Virus record (IMG/VR): IMGVR_UViG_3300020048_000009
Coordinates: 64,001 to 128,000 of that record
Origin: a virus
Lineage: Duplodnaviria > Caudoviricetes
DNA length: 64,000 bases
Reading direction: 5' to 3' (one strand)
The notes beneath the pieces are model-generated. The model did no database searches. It saw nothing but the letters and a program-made list of their open reading frames with translations, and was not told the DNA's origin. Every line of letters starts with the position of its first letter. Position 1 is the stretch's first letter. Positions 10,161-19,876 of this stretch are shown piece by piece. The translations under genes were made by a program, and so were the position numbers.

Positions 10161-10472
10161 ATGAACAAGCGTGATTCAAAAGGTCGGTTCCTTCCCAAGT
10201 CGGCGAAGGTTGAAGCTACAGTTACCCCCAAGGTCGCTCCTCAGGTCGAGAAGATGATCCAGGGTATTCCCATGAAGGAAATCGTTGCACTCGGTCAGAA
10301 GGCAATTTCCCTTCTCGGCACGGCAACCATCCAGAAGATGGAAGCAGCTCTCATCGAGCAGTACAAGAATGAGCCCATCTTCGTCAGCAACATGGAAAAG
10401 CTTCTGCCCATCTATCTCAAGCTCGGTATGACGGATGTTGCAAATACCGTGGTTGACAAGCTGATCGGCTAA
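10161..10472 (+). CDS. Hypothetical protein, N-terminal RDxxGRF motif
   Basis: GC-rich codons; followed by hairpin terminator (about 10486-10525). Confidence 0.75.
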   Translation: MNKRDSKGRFLPKSAKVEATVTPKVAPQVEKMIQGIPMKEIVALGQKAISLLGTATIQKMEAALIEQYKNEPIFVSNMEKLLPIYLKLGMTDVANTVVDKLIG

Positions 10473-10687
10473 TCTCCTCACAACATAGGGTTGGATAGTG
10501 TCAGACTATCCAATCTTATTTTTTTAAAGACTTTACTTAAATGTAAAGATCTTTTTATTTTACTTTTTGCCTTTTGTTGGTATACACAACAGATTAAAAG
10601 GTTTTATATTTTCTAATAATGTTTAGGTGTATTATTAGAAGACTTTTTGTTATATTTATATTATAACAATTTGTACAGGAGCACGTT

Positions 10688-11554
10688 ATGCAGATATCGA
10701 TTAAATCCTTTGTTACCGAGACAATGACTAAAACCTATAAGATTCCTTTAAATAGGGATGCTAATGTTCGAGCTATTGCCATCAATGTACTTGCTCCTGA
10801 TGTCGAGTATCCTGTCTGGCTTATCCATGAGGTAGATGGTGCAGGACGTACCACCTTTAGAGTTGCAGGTCGTATTAATGACACGTATGCGCAGGCTGTT
10901 GGCAATGAAGTAGTTGATGTTACGATAGCATCACAACAGTATTATGCCTTTGTGACAGAGTGGAATGTTGAAGCCGAACGCCTACAGGAAATTGAAAAAC
11001 AAAAAGCCATTGCAATAGAAAATGAAAAAATTGCAGTGATAATGGCAGATATTAATAAGGTGTTTCCTGTTATGGGAGCAATCGGTGGTGAAAAGGTAGA
11101 CAATCAATGGTCGTTTAATGAACCTCCTACTTCTACTGTTGTTATTCTTTACTGTAACCTCGTAAAATTTAGACTAAGAAAAGAATATGACAAATGGGAG
11201 TTAACCGTTTTTGGTGAGTACACTTCTACGGCATATGAAAGCAAAAGATCAAAAAATCTTTTACCCGTTCTAAAATATATTCTAGAAATCTGTCAAGAGT
11301 ATTTTGATCGGGCTAAAATCCGGTTTGAAGAAAGACGTCGTGAAAAACTATTAAGAACCGTGATGACCGAGGCAGGCTGGGAACATGATAGCGGCAGCCG
11401 CTGGATTAAAAACAGACCTGATGGTGGAGAGTATAAAGCCTGGGTTGAAATGGATGATGCACCAAGTGAGAGGGTTTATATCGTTTCTCTTTCCAGGAAA
11501 ATTGCAGGAATGGAAATAGTTCCTAGCAAAAATGACTGTTGTATCATGGAGTGA
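10688..11554 (+). CDS. Hypothetical protein
   Basis: AGGAG RBS, promoter upstream. Confidence 0.75.
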   Translation: MQISIKSFVTETMTKTYKIPLNRDANVRAIAINVLAPDVEYPVWLIHEVDGAGRTTFRVAGRINDTYAQAVGNEVVDVTIASQQYYAFVTEWNVEAERLQEIEKQKAIAIENEKIAVIMADINKVFPVMGAIGGEKVDNQWSFNEPPTSTVVILYCNLVKFRLRKEYDKWELTVFGEYTSTAYESKRSKNLLPVLKYILEICQEYFDRAKIRFEERRREKLLRTVMTEAGWEHDSGSRWIKNRPDGGEYKAWVEMDDAPSERVYIVSLSRKIAGMEIVPSKNDCCIME

Positions 11555-11620
11555 TGCGAGTGTATTTCTTCTAAGTGTTTTAGTATTATATAAGTATAAC
11601 AAATCAACAAGGAGTATCAA

Positions 11621-11932
11621 ATGGTCTTAACAATTATTATTTTGTCGGTTGTAATCGTAATGCTCATCGGCGTTCTTATCGTGGGTAAAATGTTTTATTC
11701 TGATTTGATTGCCGGCTTTGAATGGGAAGCTGAAGAGTATAAGAAAAAGCTTGAGGTCTATAAAGCAGAACGAAACACATATATCACGCGCAGAGTGGAT
11801 CTTGAATGTGCTCTCCTCTGGTGGGTGAATGAATGTATGAAAGACTATTCCGATAAACAATACGGAAAAGGAAAGTTGAAAGAATTGATTGAAAAGGATA
11901 AATTAATTAACATTTCGAAAGTGAGTAAATAA
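11621..11932 (+). CDS. Membrane-anchored hypothetical protein
   Basis: N-terminal TM helix; AAGGAG RBS. Confidence 0.7.
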   Translation: MVLTIIILSVVIVMLIGVLIVGKMFYSDLIAGFEWEAEEYKKKLEVYKAERNTYITRRVDLECALLWWVNECMKDYSDKQYGKGKLKELIEKDKLINISKVSK

Positions 11933-11933
11933 T

Positions 11934-12632
11934 ATGAAAGATCTAATTGCATATCTAGGAAATTCTACAACTGATGAACGCTATCAGAAACTGATCGGGT
12001 TACTTCAGGAATGCGGCGCAGACTTCTATACACAAATGAATGATCCCTTTAACGCATTCTTTGCTGTGAAGAACATTATCATCCCGGCTCGTGAGCAAGT
12101 GAATAAGATTGTTCTCTGTGCACATTACGATGTTGTATATGGATCGTCTGGCTATTTGGATAATACATCAGCTATCGTTTTGGTGTTGTCCATTCTGCCT
12201 GATCTGTTGAAGCATGATAACGTTGAGATCATTTTCTCAGATAGAGAAGAGCAAGGCGGAACAGGTGCAAGTCACTATTGCAACATGTCCAAAACCGTTC
12301 CTCGCTTGGTTGTCAACCTTGACATCATCGGGCATGGCGAAGTGCTGTACTATTGTCGGTACAATGTACACTCTACAATCTTGGAGAAACTGAACGAAAA
12401 GTGTATTGAACAGAATTATCCCTTCTGTGATTTCAATATCTTTAGAATGAATCAGTTCCCTTGTGTGTCAATCATCTCTGCTCCATCTGGACCCTTTCAG
12501 GCAGCACTCACAGCAGACTACACATGTATGCATCGCGGGAAGTTCGATGGCGACATGGACAAGATTGACATCAACACTCTTGAACGTACACAAATCGTTT
12601 TACTTGAGCTGCTGGAATTTATGAATTCTTAA
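11934..12632 (+). CDS. M28-family Zn peptidase
   Basis: AHYD, DNTSA, DREE, VNLDIIG and late H motifs. Confidence 0.8.
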   Translation: MKDLIAYLGNSTTDERYQKLIGLLQECGADFYTQMNDPFNAFFAVKNIIIPAREQVNKIVLCAHYDVVYGSSGYLDNTSAIVLVLSILPDLLKHDNVEIIFSDREEQGGTGASHYCNMSKTVPRLVVNLDIIGHGEVLYYCRYNVHSTILEKLNEKCIEQNYPFCDFNIFRMNQFPCVSIISAPSGPFQAALTADYTCMHRGKFDGDMDKIDINTLERTQIVLLELLEFMNS

Positions 12633-12704
12633 AAGAGTAGGTATATTTTATAATAGAAATAACCTACAATAGTATTATAACAATTCATTAAGAGAGGTAT
12701 CATT

Positions 12705-12959
12705 ATGAAGAAGATGCGAGTTTCAATTTGCGGCAAGAAGCACACCATCGAAGTTCCTGAAGGTTACAAGCGAGTCTTCAAGGGCCGGATTTTTAATGGC
12801 GACCTTTGGTTTGATGCTAATGGTGATCGGACTGTTCTTGCGCACGCTGAGCATGCTTCAAATATCGAAGATGGCTGGGAATGTATTTTCAGAAAGATTG
12901 AGGATCTTCCTGCGCCTGAACCCAAAATCGATGTTGTAATTATTTTGGTAATTGTTTAA
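12705..12959 (+). CDS. Hypothetical protein
   Basis: GAGG RBS, promoter upstream. Confidence 0.65.
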   Translation: MKKMRVSICGKKHTIEVPEGYKRVFKGRIFNGDLWFDANGDRTVLAHAEHASNIEDGWECIFRKIEDLPAPEPKIDVVIILVIV

Positions 12960-13039
12960 TCCATCAGTATATTTTCAGAATGAATTGTTATATTATTTAA
13001 GTATAACAATTCGTTATTACTTATTAGAAAGGATTAAGT

Positions 13040-13501
13040 ATGCCAGTTTATACTGTGAAGAATATTAAAACTTTTAGAGGACATGAGGGCCATGGTTTTA
13101 ATGTAAGCTTATATTGTGACAATAAGAAAGTTGCATTTGTAATGGATCAAGCAGATGGTCACCCTGTCATTATTGAATGGGATGATCCTTCTGCTGAAGG
13201 CGTTTTAAATAATCATATTAAAGATATGACTTACACTTTTTATGAAACCGTTAATCCAATGACAGCTGATATTTTCATTGCACAACTTGTGGATAGGGTT
13301 GAAAATGAAAAAGCTGTTCTCGCTCAACAAAAACGTTGGATTAAAAATCAAACGGTTTTTCATATTAAAGGTGAACCTGAAGGAGACTTCAGAACTGTTA
13401 AATCTCCTTTTTCTAAAAAGATCAAAGAGTTTATCATAAATAAATATGGTGATCAAGTGGAGTATATTCTAAATGAACGTCATGGACAAATCGCAGTTTA
13501 A
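13040..13501 (+). CDS. Hypothetical protein
   Basis: AAGGA RBS, promoter upstream. Confidence 0.7.
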   Translation: MPVYTVKNIKTFRGHEGHGFNVSLYCDNKKVAFVMDQADGHPVIIEWDDPSAEGVLNNHIKDMTYTFYETVNPMTADIFIAQLVDRVENEKAVLAQQKRWIKNQTVFHIKGEPEGDFRTVKSPFSKKIKEFIINKYGDQVEYILNERHGQIAV

Positions 13502-13808
13502 CAACCCTTTAACAAACCCTATTGCAATCAATAGGGTTAATCTGCCCTTTATGAATGTTGGTGCAGATCCGCTGTTTGTGTTCTATATTGGTGTATTAGG
13601 AGAAGTTCATTTCTATGCTTTTCCGATTAGCTCTAAACTCAATCAAGAAGAAACGTCTGTCTTCATTGAGAAAGCTATTAAATACATCAAGCTGGAGTAC
13701 TCAAAGGAATACATCCTTGTGACCAGGGTTGAGCCTGATGGGTTTCTGATGTTGCAGGACGTAGACAAAATAATCGCTGATCGTAAAGCAGCACAAAAAG
13801 AAAAGTAA
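13473..13808 (+). CDS. Hypothetical protein
   Basis: Followed by terminator hairpin 13810-13852. Confidence 0.6.
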   Translation: MNVMDKSQFNNPLTNPIAINRVNLPFMNVGADPLFVFYIGVLGEVHFYAFPISSKLNQEETSVFIEKAIKYIKLEYSKEYILVTRVEPDGFLMLQDVDKIIADRKAAQKEK

Positions 13809-13974
13809 AATAGAATTCCTAGAGAACACCAATCTAGGAATTCTATTTTTTATTTAGAATATACGGTATACATATTATAATATTAATATGTTTTGATTTT
13901 TAAATAAATCCAGTATATTTCTTCTGAATGATTTGTTAATATATAAGTATAACAAATCAACAAAGGTTATCGCT

Positions 13975-14421
13975 ATGAAGAAGATTACGTTTTGGGAAGT
14001 GTTTCAAAATCGCGTATCGAATTGTGCTGGCTGCAAAGGCTGGCAATGTGCGTTCACAAAGGAGAATGGTTTTGAATTCCCTTATCGATATTCGAAGGAC
14101 ACAGAGCGCAATGATGGTGTGCCAGGGCCTTACACACCGGCTGAATGTAAGGTCATCAATGCTGATCTGTCTGATGCCAAGCGGCAGTTCAAGGCATATG
14201 TGGAGGGGCTCAAGATTCTCTTCAAGAACAATTTCTATCCGGGTGCATGTGAATCAATGGTACAGGGTGAAAAGGATCGCGTGGATTTGATCGCCAGGTT
14301 TCACAAGCTGATCTATTCCTTTAACAATGGGACGAAGGATATTATCAAGATTGGAATGGGATCTAAGTATTCCATTACCGATTATGTCGATGGCAGCTTT
14401 GTCGGGTATATAAGGGATTAA
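13975..14421 (+). CDS. Hypothetical protein (CAGCKGWQC)
   Basis: Promoter and conserved leader upstream. Confidence 0.7.
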   Translation: MKKITFWEVFQNRVSNCAGCKGWQCAFTKENGFEFPYRYSKDTERNDGVPGPYTPAECKVINADLSDAKRQFKAYVEGLKILFKNNFYPGACESMVQGEKDRVDLIARFHKLIYSFNNGTKDIIKIGMGSKYSITDYVDGSFVGYIRD

Positions 14422-14484
14422 TCAAACTAGGTGTATTAATTAAAATCATTCTTATATAATAATAAGAAACGAAAGGATTATATT

Positions 14485-14712
14485 ATGACAGATGGAGTTT
14501 ATGCTATTTTTACGACTATTTTACTGATTATTGCGGGCGTTCTCTTTTTTAGAATGGGAATGTCTTTTACGGATTTTGAATTTTCACGTGGCGAACGTAA
14601 AGTTTTTGCCTGGTCTAATGTTTCAGATCTGAATGCTGAATTGGCAAAAGGCTGGACGGTCATCAGAACATATGATGTTACAAATAATGTTCTAGGAAAA
14701 AAGTACAGGTAG
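14485..14712 (+). CDS. Small membrane protein
   Basis: TM helix; AAGGA RBS. Confidence 0.55.
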   Translation: MTDGVYAIFTTILLIIAGVLFFRMGMSFTDFEFSRGERKVFAWSNVSDLNAELAKGWTVIRTYDVTNNVLGKKYR

Positions 14713-14882
14713 CTGTATCTCGGTGGAATACATAAGGAGAAAATGATATGTTTACTAAGTTAGATGTCTATGGTTTTATACTGGGATCTGTTATTTTTTT
14801 CCAGGTGTACGGCCAGCAATATAGTGTAATGATTTACGAAATTACAGTGTGCAGCGTTTCAGCTTTCTGTTAATATGTTGTT

Positions 14883-15164
14883 ATGAATAAAACGTATAGC
14901 AACTTGAAAATCTTTGCACAATTCTATGCTTTATCTACTGGATATGTGGAAGGTACTATTCCACCGGTATTTAAAGAAGAGAACAAAATGCTTATTCCCG
15001 TGTGCGGATCAGATGGAACATTGCTTTTAGACGGTAGGAAATGTATTACTACTCTAATGAGCATTGCTAGCAAAACCTGTAAGGAAAGAAATTTCCTAGG
15101 ATATGTTATCAATAAAGGAACTTTTGATAATCCTAGACAACTTACAATGTTACAAACAGTTTAA
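14883..15164 (+). CDS. Hypothetical protein
   Basis: Co-oriented ORF. Confidence 0.55.
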   Translation: MNKTYSNLKIFAQFYALSTGYVEGTIPPVFKEENKMLIPVCGSDGTLLLDGRKCITTLMSIASKTCKERNFLGYVINKGTFDNPRQLTMLQTV

Positions 15165-15239
15165 AGTTTTAGTGTATTTTCTTATAGTATAAGGTTATAT
15201 TATAAGTATCAAAACAAACAAAGAAAGGTTATAAAACGT

Positions 15240-15713
15240 ATGAACATTAGTGCATGGTCTATCTATTGGTTGATTAAACTCGATGCGATTATCTCTATGA
15301 TGGGGGTGTTTGGATTTATTTCACTCCTGTTCGTGTGTGTGGCAATTGGAGGTATGTGTATATCTGCGGCCATTAAGTCAGATATTACGGTTAATTATTA
15401 CACCAACAAAGAAGAGGCAGAAGCGAAACGGGTGCGATTCACGGGGTATATTAGTTTCTGGTATAAGTTGTTTAAACGTCTAATTGCTTTGCCGATAATC
15501 TTTCTTATTATGGGACACATGCTTCCTACAACAAAAGAAATGGCTGCGATTTTCGTAATCCCCAAGATCGCCAACAGCGAATTCGTTAATGAAACACTTC
15601 CTGCTGAAATGGCCGAGATCTACAGTCTGGCTAAGGATTGGATGAAGTCAATCGTTCCTACTCCTCCGATTCGAAAGCAGGCCGCAACCAATGAGGTTGA
15701 AAAAGCCAAGTAA
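15240..15713 (+). CDS. Membrane protein
   Basis: Two hydrophobic segments; terminator about 15751-15785. Confidence 0.7.
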   Translation: MNISAWSIYWLIKLDAIISMMGVFGFISLLFVCVAIGGMCISAAIKSDITVNYYTNKEEAEAKRVRFTGYISFWYKLFKRLIALPIIFLIMGHMLPTTKEMAAIFVIPKIANSEFVNETLPAEMAEIYSLAKDWMKSIVPTPPIRKQAATNEVEKAK

Positions 15714-15922
15714 AAGTCTTATCAAAAAATAAGTGGTGCACAGGTGCATGAAACCTGGTAGATGAAAGTCTACCGGGTTTTTTATTTATTTTATTAACTA
15801 TTACAGTGTACATAACAAATAGAATGTTCCTAAAAAATAATTAATAAATTTAACAATCTTCGGTGTAAAACTGTTTGATTCTTTTATATTATATAAGTAT
15901 AACAAATCACAACAAGGAGTTT

Positions 15923-16207
15923 ATGACAAACGAGTTAATAAACACGATTATGACAATGACCGAGGATCAAGTTGAAGAGGTTTATAAATTCACGGCCAAT
16001 CGTCTTAACACGTTCCTCAGAGAGCGTCAACGTCGGGCAGCGTTTAACTTTAACATTGGCCAACGTGTTCAGTTCTATTCGAGCAAAATGTGCCGGAATA
16101 TAATCGGCCCTATTACAAAGATTAATTCTAAGTCGGTTAAAATGACAGAAACATGTTCTGGAATAAAGTGGACGGTTTCTGCGGATCTTTTGAAGGCAGT
16201 GGTATAA
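15923..16207 (+). CDS. Hypothetical protein with SH3-like C-terminal half
   Basis: FNIGQRVQF...GPITKINSKSV. Confidence 0.7.
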   Translation: MTNELINTIMTMTEDQVEEVYKFTANRLNTFLRERQRRAAFNFNIGQRVQFYSSKMCRNIIGPITKINSKSVKMTETCSGIKWTVSADLLKAVV

Positions 16208-16231
16208 AACAAAACAACAAGGAGATTCATT

Positions 16232-17236
16232 ATGGCAGCAGGCATTCAAGAGTTTGACAAAGGTGTGCTTAAGGGCACAAGCTGGCATATGTCACCCAAG
16301 TTTATCCATCAGGATACACCCGTGACACGTGAGCAGGTTAATACTGTATTCGGTTTCAACATCATTAAGAAGCCGTTGCACTTCATCACTGATGCAGGCG
16401 TGACGGTTAAGGTTGATGGTGCAAATGCTCTCATCCGTGAAGATACCGGTCATATCCTGGTGCCTTCTGTGGGCGATCGCTTTGTCGCTGAATCAAACCT
16501 CAAGCTCGCTGATATTGTGTATGGCGGCGTTTTGAAGGCCTTCCCTGATCTGATCGTTGAGGGTTGTATTACTCTCTGGAATAATCAGACAGCTGTTCTG
16601 CAGCTGCACGGCGGGGAATTCCAAGTTCGCGGTGATCAGTCACCATCCTTCACCCGGATGATGTACGTCAATCCCCTTGGTAAGGGTGCATACTCGGCAA
16701 TGGTTCACAATGAACGCGTCGTGTGTAACAATACGCTGCGTGCGGCGATGGCTGAAGGTGCTGCTAACAAGAGCTTGCGCCGGTTCTCACACACTCACAC
16801 GGCTTTTGATAAGATCAACAGCTACATGGAGGAAATCGCAGCGACCAAGCTGGCTCTTGCGCGGCATGTTGAAGAGCTCAATGTTCTGTCTGGCTTGAAC
16901 GTAACAACTGAAGAGGTCCAAGACTTCCTCAAGGTTATGTTCCCGAAGTCGGAAGCTATGTCTGATTGTCAGCTCGAACGTTCGGAACTTGCACGGGCAA
17001 ATCTTCTGGAAGTTTTTGAGTCTGATCAGAATCTCGTCGCAGAAAACAACAAGTCTCGTTATGCTCTGTTGAATGCCCTGACGTATTCGATTGATCATGA
17101 CGCGTCTAAAATCGGAAAGCGTGGTCGTGACGCTGCGGCAAACCAGTGGGATAACTGGACAGGTATGGGCATGGACAAAAAGATTGAGGCCTTCAACTAT
17201 CTCAATCGTCCGGTCTTAGCACCAGTTGCTGCATAA
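16232..17236 (+). CDS. DUF932/DUF945-like phage-plasmid protein
   Basis: WH near N-terminus, ERVVCNNTL, HT, ALLNALTY..DH motifs. Confidence 0.75.
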   Translation: MAAGIQEFDKGVLKGTSWHMSPKFIHQDTPVTREQVNTVFGFNIIKKPLHFITDAGVTVKVDGANALIREDTGHILVPSVGDRFVAESNLKLADIVYGGVLKAFPDLIVEGCITLWNNQTAVLQLHGGEFQVRGDQSPSFTRMMYVNPLGKGAYSAMVHNERVVCNNTLRAAMAEGAANKSLRRFSHTHTAFDKINSYMEEIAATKLALARHVEELNVLSGLNVTTEEVQDFLKVMFPKSEAMSDCQLERSELARANLLEVFESDQNLVAENNKSRYALLNALTYSIDHDASKIGKRGRDAAANQWDNWTGMGMDKKIEAFNYLNRPVLAPVAA

Positions 17237-17312
17237 ATTTAATAAAACTTGGTGTATGTTATTGTTGTATCTTACTATGATACATACATCAAGTTTAAAT
17301 TAAAGGTTACTT

Positions 17313-17564
17313 ATGAAGACAAGTTTTAAAGCTGCTCCTGCTGTAGAAACCGGAATTAACAAATTTCCCTGTGTTGGTGTTCTTGATGATTCCTATAAAA
17401 CGGATCTTAAAAAGGAATTGGTGGTTTTGTTTACCGCTAAACAAAGGGGAACAGTCCTGCACGTTCGTAAATCGAATTGGAAAGTTGGCGAGCATGTTGT
17501 ATGCTGGGATATGGATCAGTTCAGGAAGCTGCGCCCAGGTGAAGAGATTATTATCAAAGGTTAA
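17313..17564 (+). CDS. Hypothetical protein
   Basis: Similar in style to 17578 and 18468 ORFs (VLF..K..G.V). Confidence 0.6.
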   Translation: MKTSFKAAPAVETGINKFPCVGVLDDSYKTDLKKELVVLFTAKQRGTVLHVRKSNWKVGEHVVCWDMDQFRKLRPGEEIIIKG

Positions 17565-17577
17565 AAAAGGAAAGTTT

Positions 17578-17874
17578 ATGAAAGTTATTATCACGGCTAT
17601 TAAAACAGCCAATAAACCGGTTCTCACACAGGCCGAACGCAATGAAAAGTTTTGGAAGGAAACGTCTTATCCGAGACTTGGTATCGATGAACAACTGGGA
17701 AATATTATTTATTTCATGTCTTATGGTAAAGGTATGAAGATTGTAAATACAACACCCATTGGTCGTGATGGCCATGCAAACGTTGTCCCAGGTGTCTTTA
17801 GAGATAATTGGACAATGGGGTATTATGCCGAATTGCCAGAAGATGTGAAGGTGAATGTTACCTTTTCAAATTAA
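17578..17874 (+). CDS. Hypothetical protein
   Basis: AAGGAAAG RBS. Confidence 0.6.
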   Translation: MKVIITAIKTANKPVLTQAERNEKFWKETSYPRLGIDEQLGNIIYFMSYGKGMKIVNTTPIGRDGHANVVPGVFRDNWTMGYYAELPEDVKVNVTFSN

Positions 17875-17882
17875 GGATTGTT

Positions 17883-18239
17883 ATGAAGACATCTGGATTT
17901 GATAGAAGTTTGGGTTCTAGGGAAAATAAAGGTTTCCTTCAATTGACGAATAATGGAGGAGCCTTACTTTTCACGACATCTTTTAATGGTAATGAAGTTC
18001 CAATTATGTTGGGGCCTGCATTAGAAAAGAAAGGTGTATCATCTTTAACCGGTCAGCCATATACCTATATGAATAGTATTATATGGATCCCTAATAAGAA
18101 CGGTCCAGGCAGGGGAGCAGTAGTTCCTCTAGAAGAATTCAAACAGGCATATGCCGATAAGAATGAAGAGTACATTAAAAAGTTATGTGATTTGGGAATT
18201 CCTGATATCACATATATAAGTAAGAGATTTTTGGTATAA
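17883..18239 (+). CDS. Hypothetical protein
   Basis: AAGGA RBS. Confidence 0.6.
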   Translation: MKTSGFDRSLGSRENKGFLQLTNNGGALLFTTSFNGNEVPIMLGPALEKKGVSSLTGQPYTYMNSIIWIPNKNGPGRGAVVPLEEFKQAYADKNEEYIKKLCDLGIPDITYISKRFLV

Positions 18240-18241
18240 TT

Positions 18242-18463
18242 ATGCTAACAGAAGTAACCAAAGATTTTTATAGACAGATTACAGAACATAGAACTTATGA
18301 ATTTGAAAAGAATCGTAGGGGTGAATGGAATGTAAATGTTTATTCAAATGATCAAAAGCTAAATGAAGATGAAGCTTTTATTTCTAGAGAATCTGGAAAC
18401 ATCATGGTTATAACTGAAGCAGAAGATTTTATTAGAAACAACGAACAAGTGATTATAGGGTAA
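18242..18463 (+). CDS. Hypothetical protein
   Basis: Co-oriented ORF. Confidence 0.55.
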   Translation: MLTEVTKDFYRQITEHRTYEFEKNRRGEWNVNVYSNDQKLNEDEAFISRESGNIMVITEAEDFIRNNEQVIIG

Positions 18464-18467
18464 GAAA

Positions 18468-18809
18468 ATGAGTATTAAGAAACCGAAATTAACTATTATG
18501 CGTACACCAAAAGCGGGTAAAGTATTACCCAAAATTGGGGAGTTCTTTACTGTTAAGAATTTTGAAAATCCGGATAACAATGGATTAGTATTAATTAGAA
18601 TCGATCCTTGTTATATATCTCCAGCAATTGTTGAAGCTGGATGTAGTTGGAATAATTGTGGTGCTCATGAAATTGTTTTTGGTATTCCGCTTGGAGAAGC
18701 ATTTAATAGTGCTCAAACTAAAATCAATGGCGCATGTACATGTCCTATTAAAACTATGGATTTTATAGTTTTGGATATTGAAGAAATTAAAGCAAAAATT
18801 AAAAGTTAA
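18468..18809 (+). CDS. Hypothetical protein
   Basis: Co-oriented ORF. Confidence 0.6.
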   Translation: MSIKKPKLTIMRTPKAGKVLPKIGEFFTVKNFENPDNNGLVLIRIDPCYISPAIVEAGCSWNNCGAHEIVFGIPLGEAFNSAQTKINGACTCPIKTMDFIVLDIEEIKAKIKS

Positions 18810-18810
18810 G

Positions 18811-18840
18811 GTGTATATTGTAGCGAGTATCAAGTATAAT
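18811..18840 (+). promoter_or_regulatory. Promoter opening the RNA island
   Basis: GTGTAT-N18-TATAAT. Confidence 0.75.
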
Positions 18841-18854
18841 TAAAGTATAAATTT

Positions 18855-19330
18855 TGATTCCATCAGGGGAATGAAAAGTGGTTTAAGCCTGATGCGTCTC
18901 GACGGTTTGCTGAATATTGTTAGGGTCCTTTCTTCCTAATAATGTTTATACTGTCGAGGGTACCGATAGGTTACGGAAAATTATTTTCAAAAATATTTCA
19001 TTTTTATTTTTGGAAATGATAAATAAAATAAAATTAAGGATAAAGCAAATGTTTACGAACACATATAGAGGCAATGATAAAGGCAATACAGAACTATGTA
19101 TTACTAATGCCGGGGCTTTATCCAATCTTACAGCAGTAAATTTCCCAGAACGAATAAAGCCCGTAACCCAAGTTTAATTTAAACGGTAAAATGTTTTGGG
19201 TTACTACTAGGAGAGGTTAAGCCTAGTGCGTTCTATAAAATTTACTGTGTCTAATGCTAAACACGAAATTTTGTAGAGGTCCTCAAAAGAAATGAGCAAT
19301 TATTTCTTTAGATTTGATCTGTGACAATTG
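18855..19330 (+). ncRNA. Large structured RNA candidate (about 470 nt) leading the tRNA array
   Basis: At least eight hand-identified helices; see findings. Confidence 0.55.
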
Positions 19331-19393
19331 AATAGAAAACTTTAAATTATTTTTTGGTGGTTTTTATAACTCAAAAAACTACCCAACTTTTAT

Positions 19394-19470
19394 GAGCTCG
19401 TAGAGGAAATGGTTAACTCATGTGGTTTTCATCCACAAGATTGCCGGTTCGAATCCGGTCGGGCTTACCA
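19394..19470 (+). tRNA. trnE: tRNA-Glu(TTC)
   Basis: Cloverleaf; TGTGG-TTTTCAT-CCACA; CCA. Confidence 0.92.
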
Positions 19471-19561
19471 TATAAGCATGACGACTAGACTAGCAATGCT
19501 TTCAGCTTATAGCTAAACTAGTGACACGGCGGAGAGCACGTCGGACAATTTTATAATTTAT

Positions 19562-19647
19562 GGATAGGTGCTCCTGAATGGTAAGGGGACGGTCTTGAAA
19601 ACCGTAGGCTAACCCCACTGCACGTTCGATTCGTGTCCTATCCTCCA
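19562..19647 (+). tRNA. trnS: tRNA-Ser(TGA)
   Basis: ACGGT-CTTGAAA-ACCGT; long V-arm; CCA. Confidence 0.9.
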
Positions 19648-19694
19648 ATTTGTGGCGCGTCACGGTGTGTGTATAAGTCGCTTCGATTTATTAT

Positions 19695-19772
19695 GGGGCC
19701 ATAACTCAGTCCGGCTAGAGTGTCTCCCTTGCACGGAGAAAGTCGGGGGTTCAAATCCCTCTGGCTCCACCA
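19695..19772 (+). tRNA. trnA: tRNA-Ala(TGC)
   Basis: G3:U70; TCTCC-CTTGCAC-GGAGA; CCA. Confidence 0.95.
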
Positions 19773-19776
19773 ATTT

Positions 19777-19868
19777 GGCTGCATTCCGGATGCAGTCGGA
19801 TCAATTCACCTGATGTACTAGAGCGAGTCAGGAATTATGAAACAGTAAAATTCTGTATCGGTCTGCCA
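19777..19868 (+). ncRNA. Structured RNA ending in CCA, not a cloverleaf
   Basis: GCTGCA/TGCAGT hairpin; CGGATC/GGTCTG; CCTGA/TCAGG; ACAG/CTGT. Confidence 0.4.
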
Positions 19869-19876
19869 ATTTATGT

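Noticed and set aside
18917-19177. 86-aa ORF from the track as a real gene
   Set aside because: Its 5' half lies in long helices; only the 42-codon part after GATAAATA/AAGGA is plausible.
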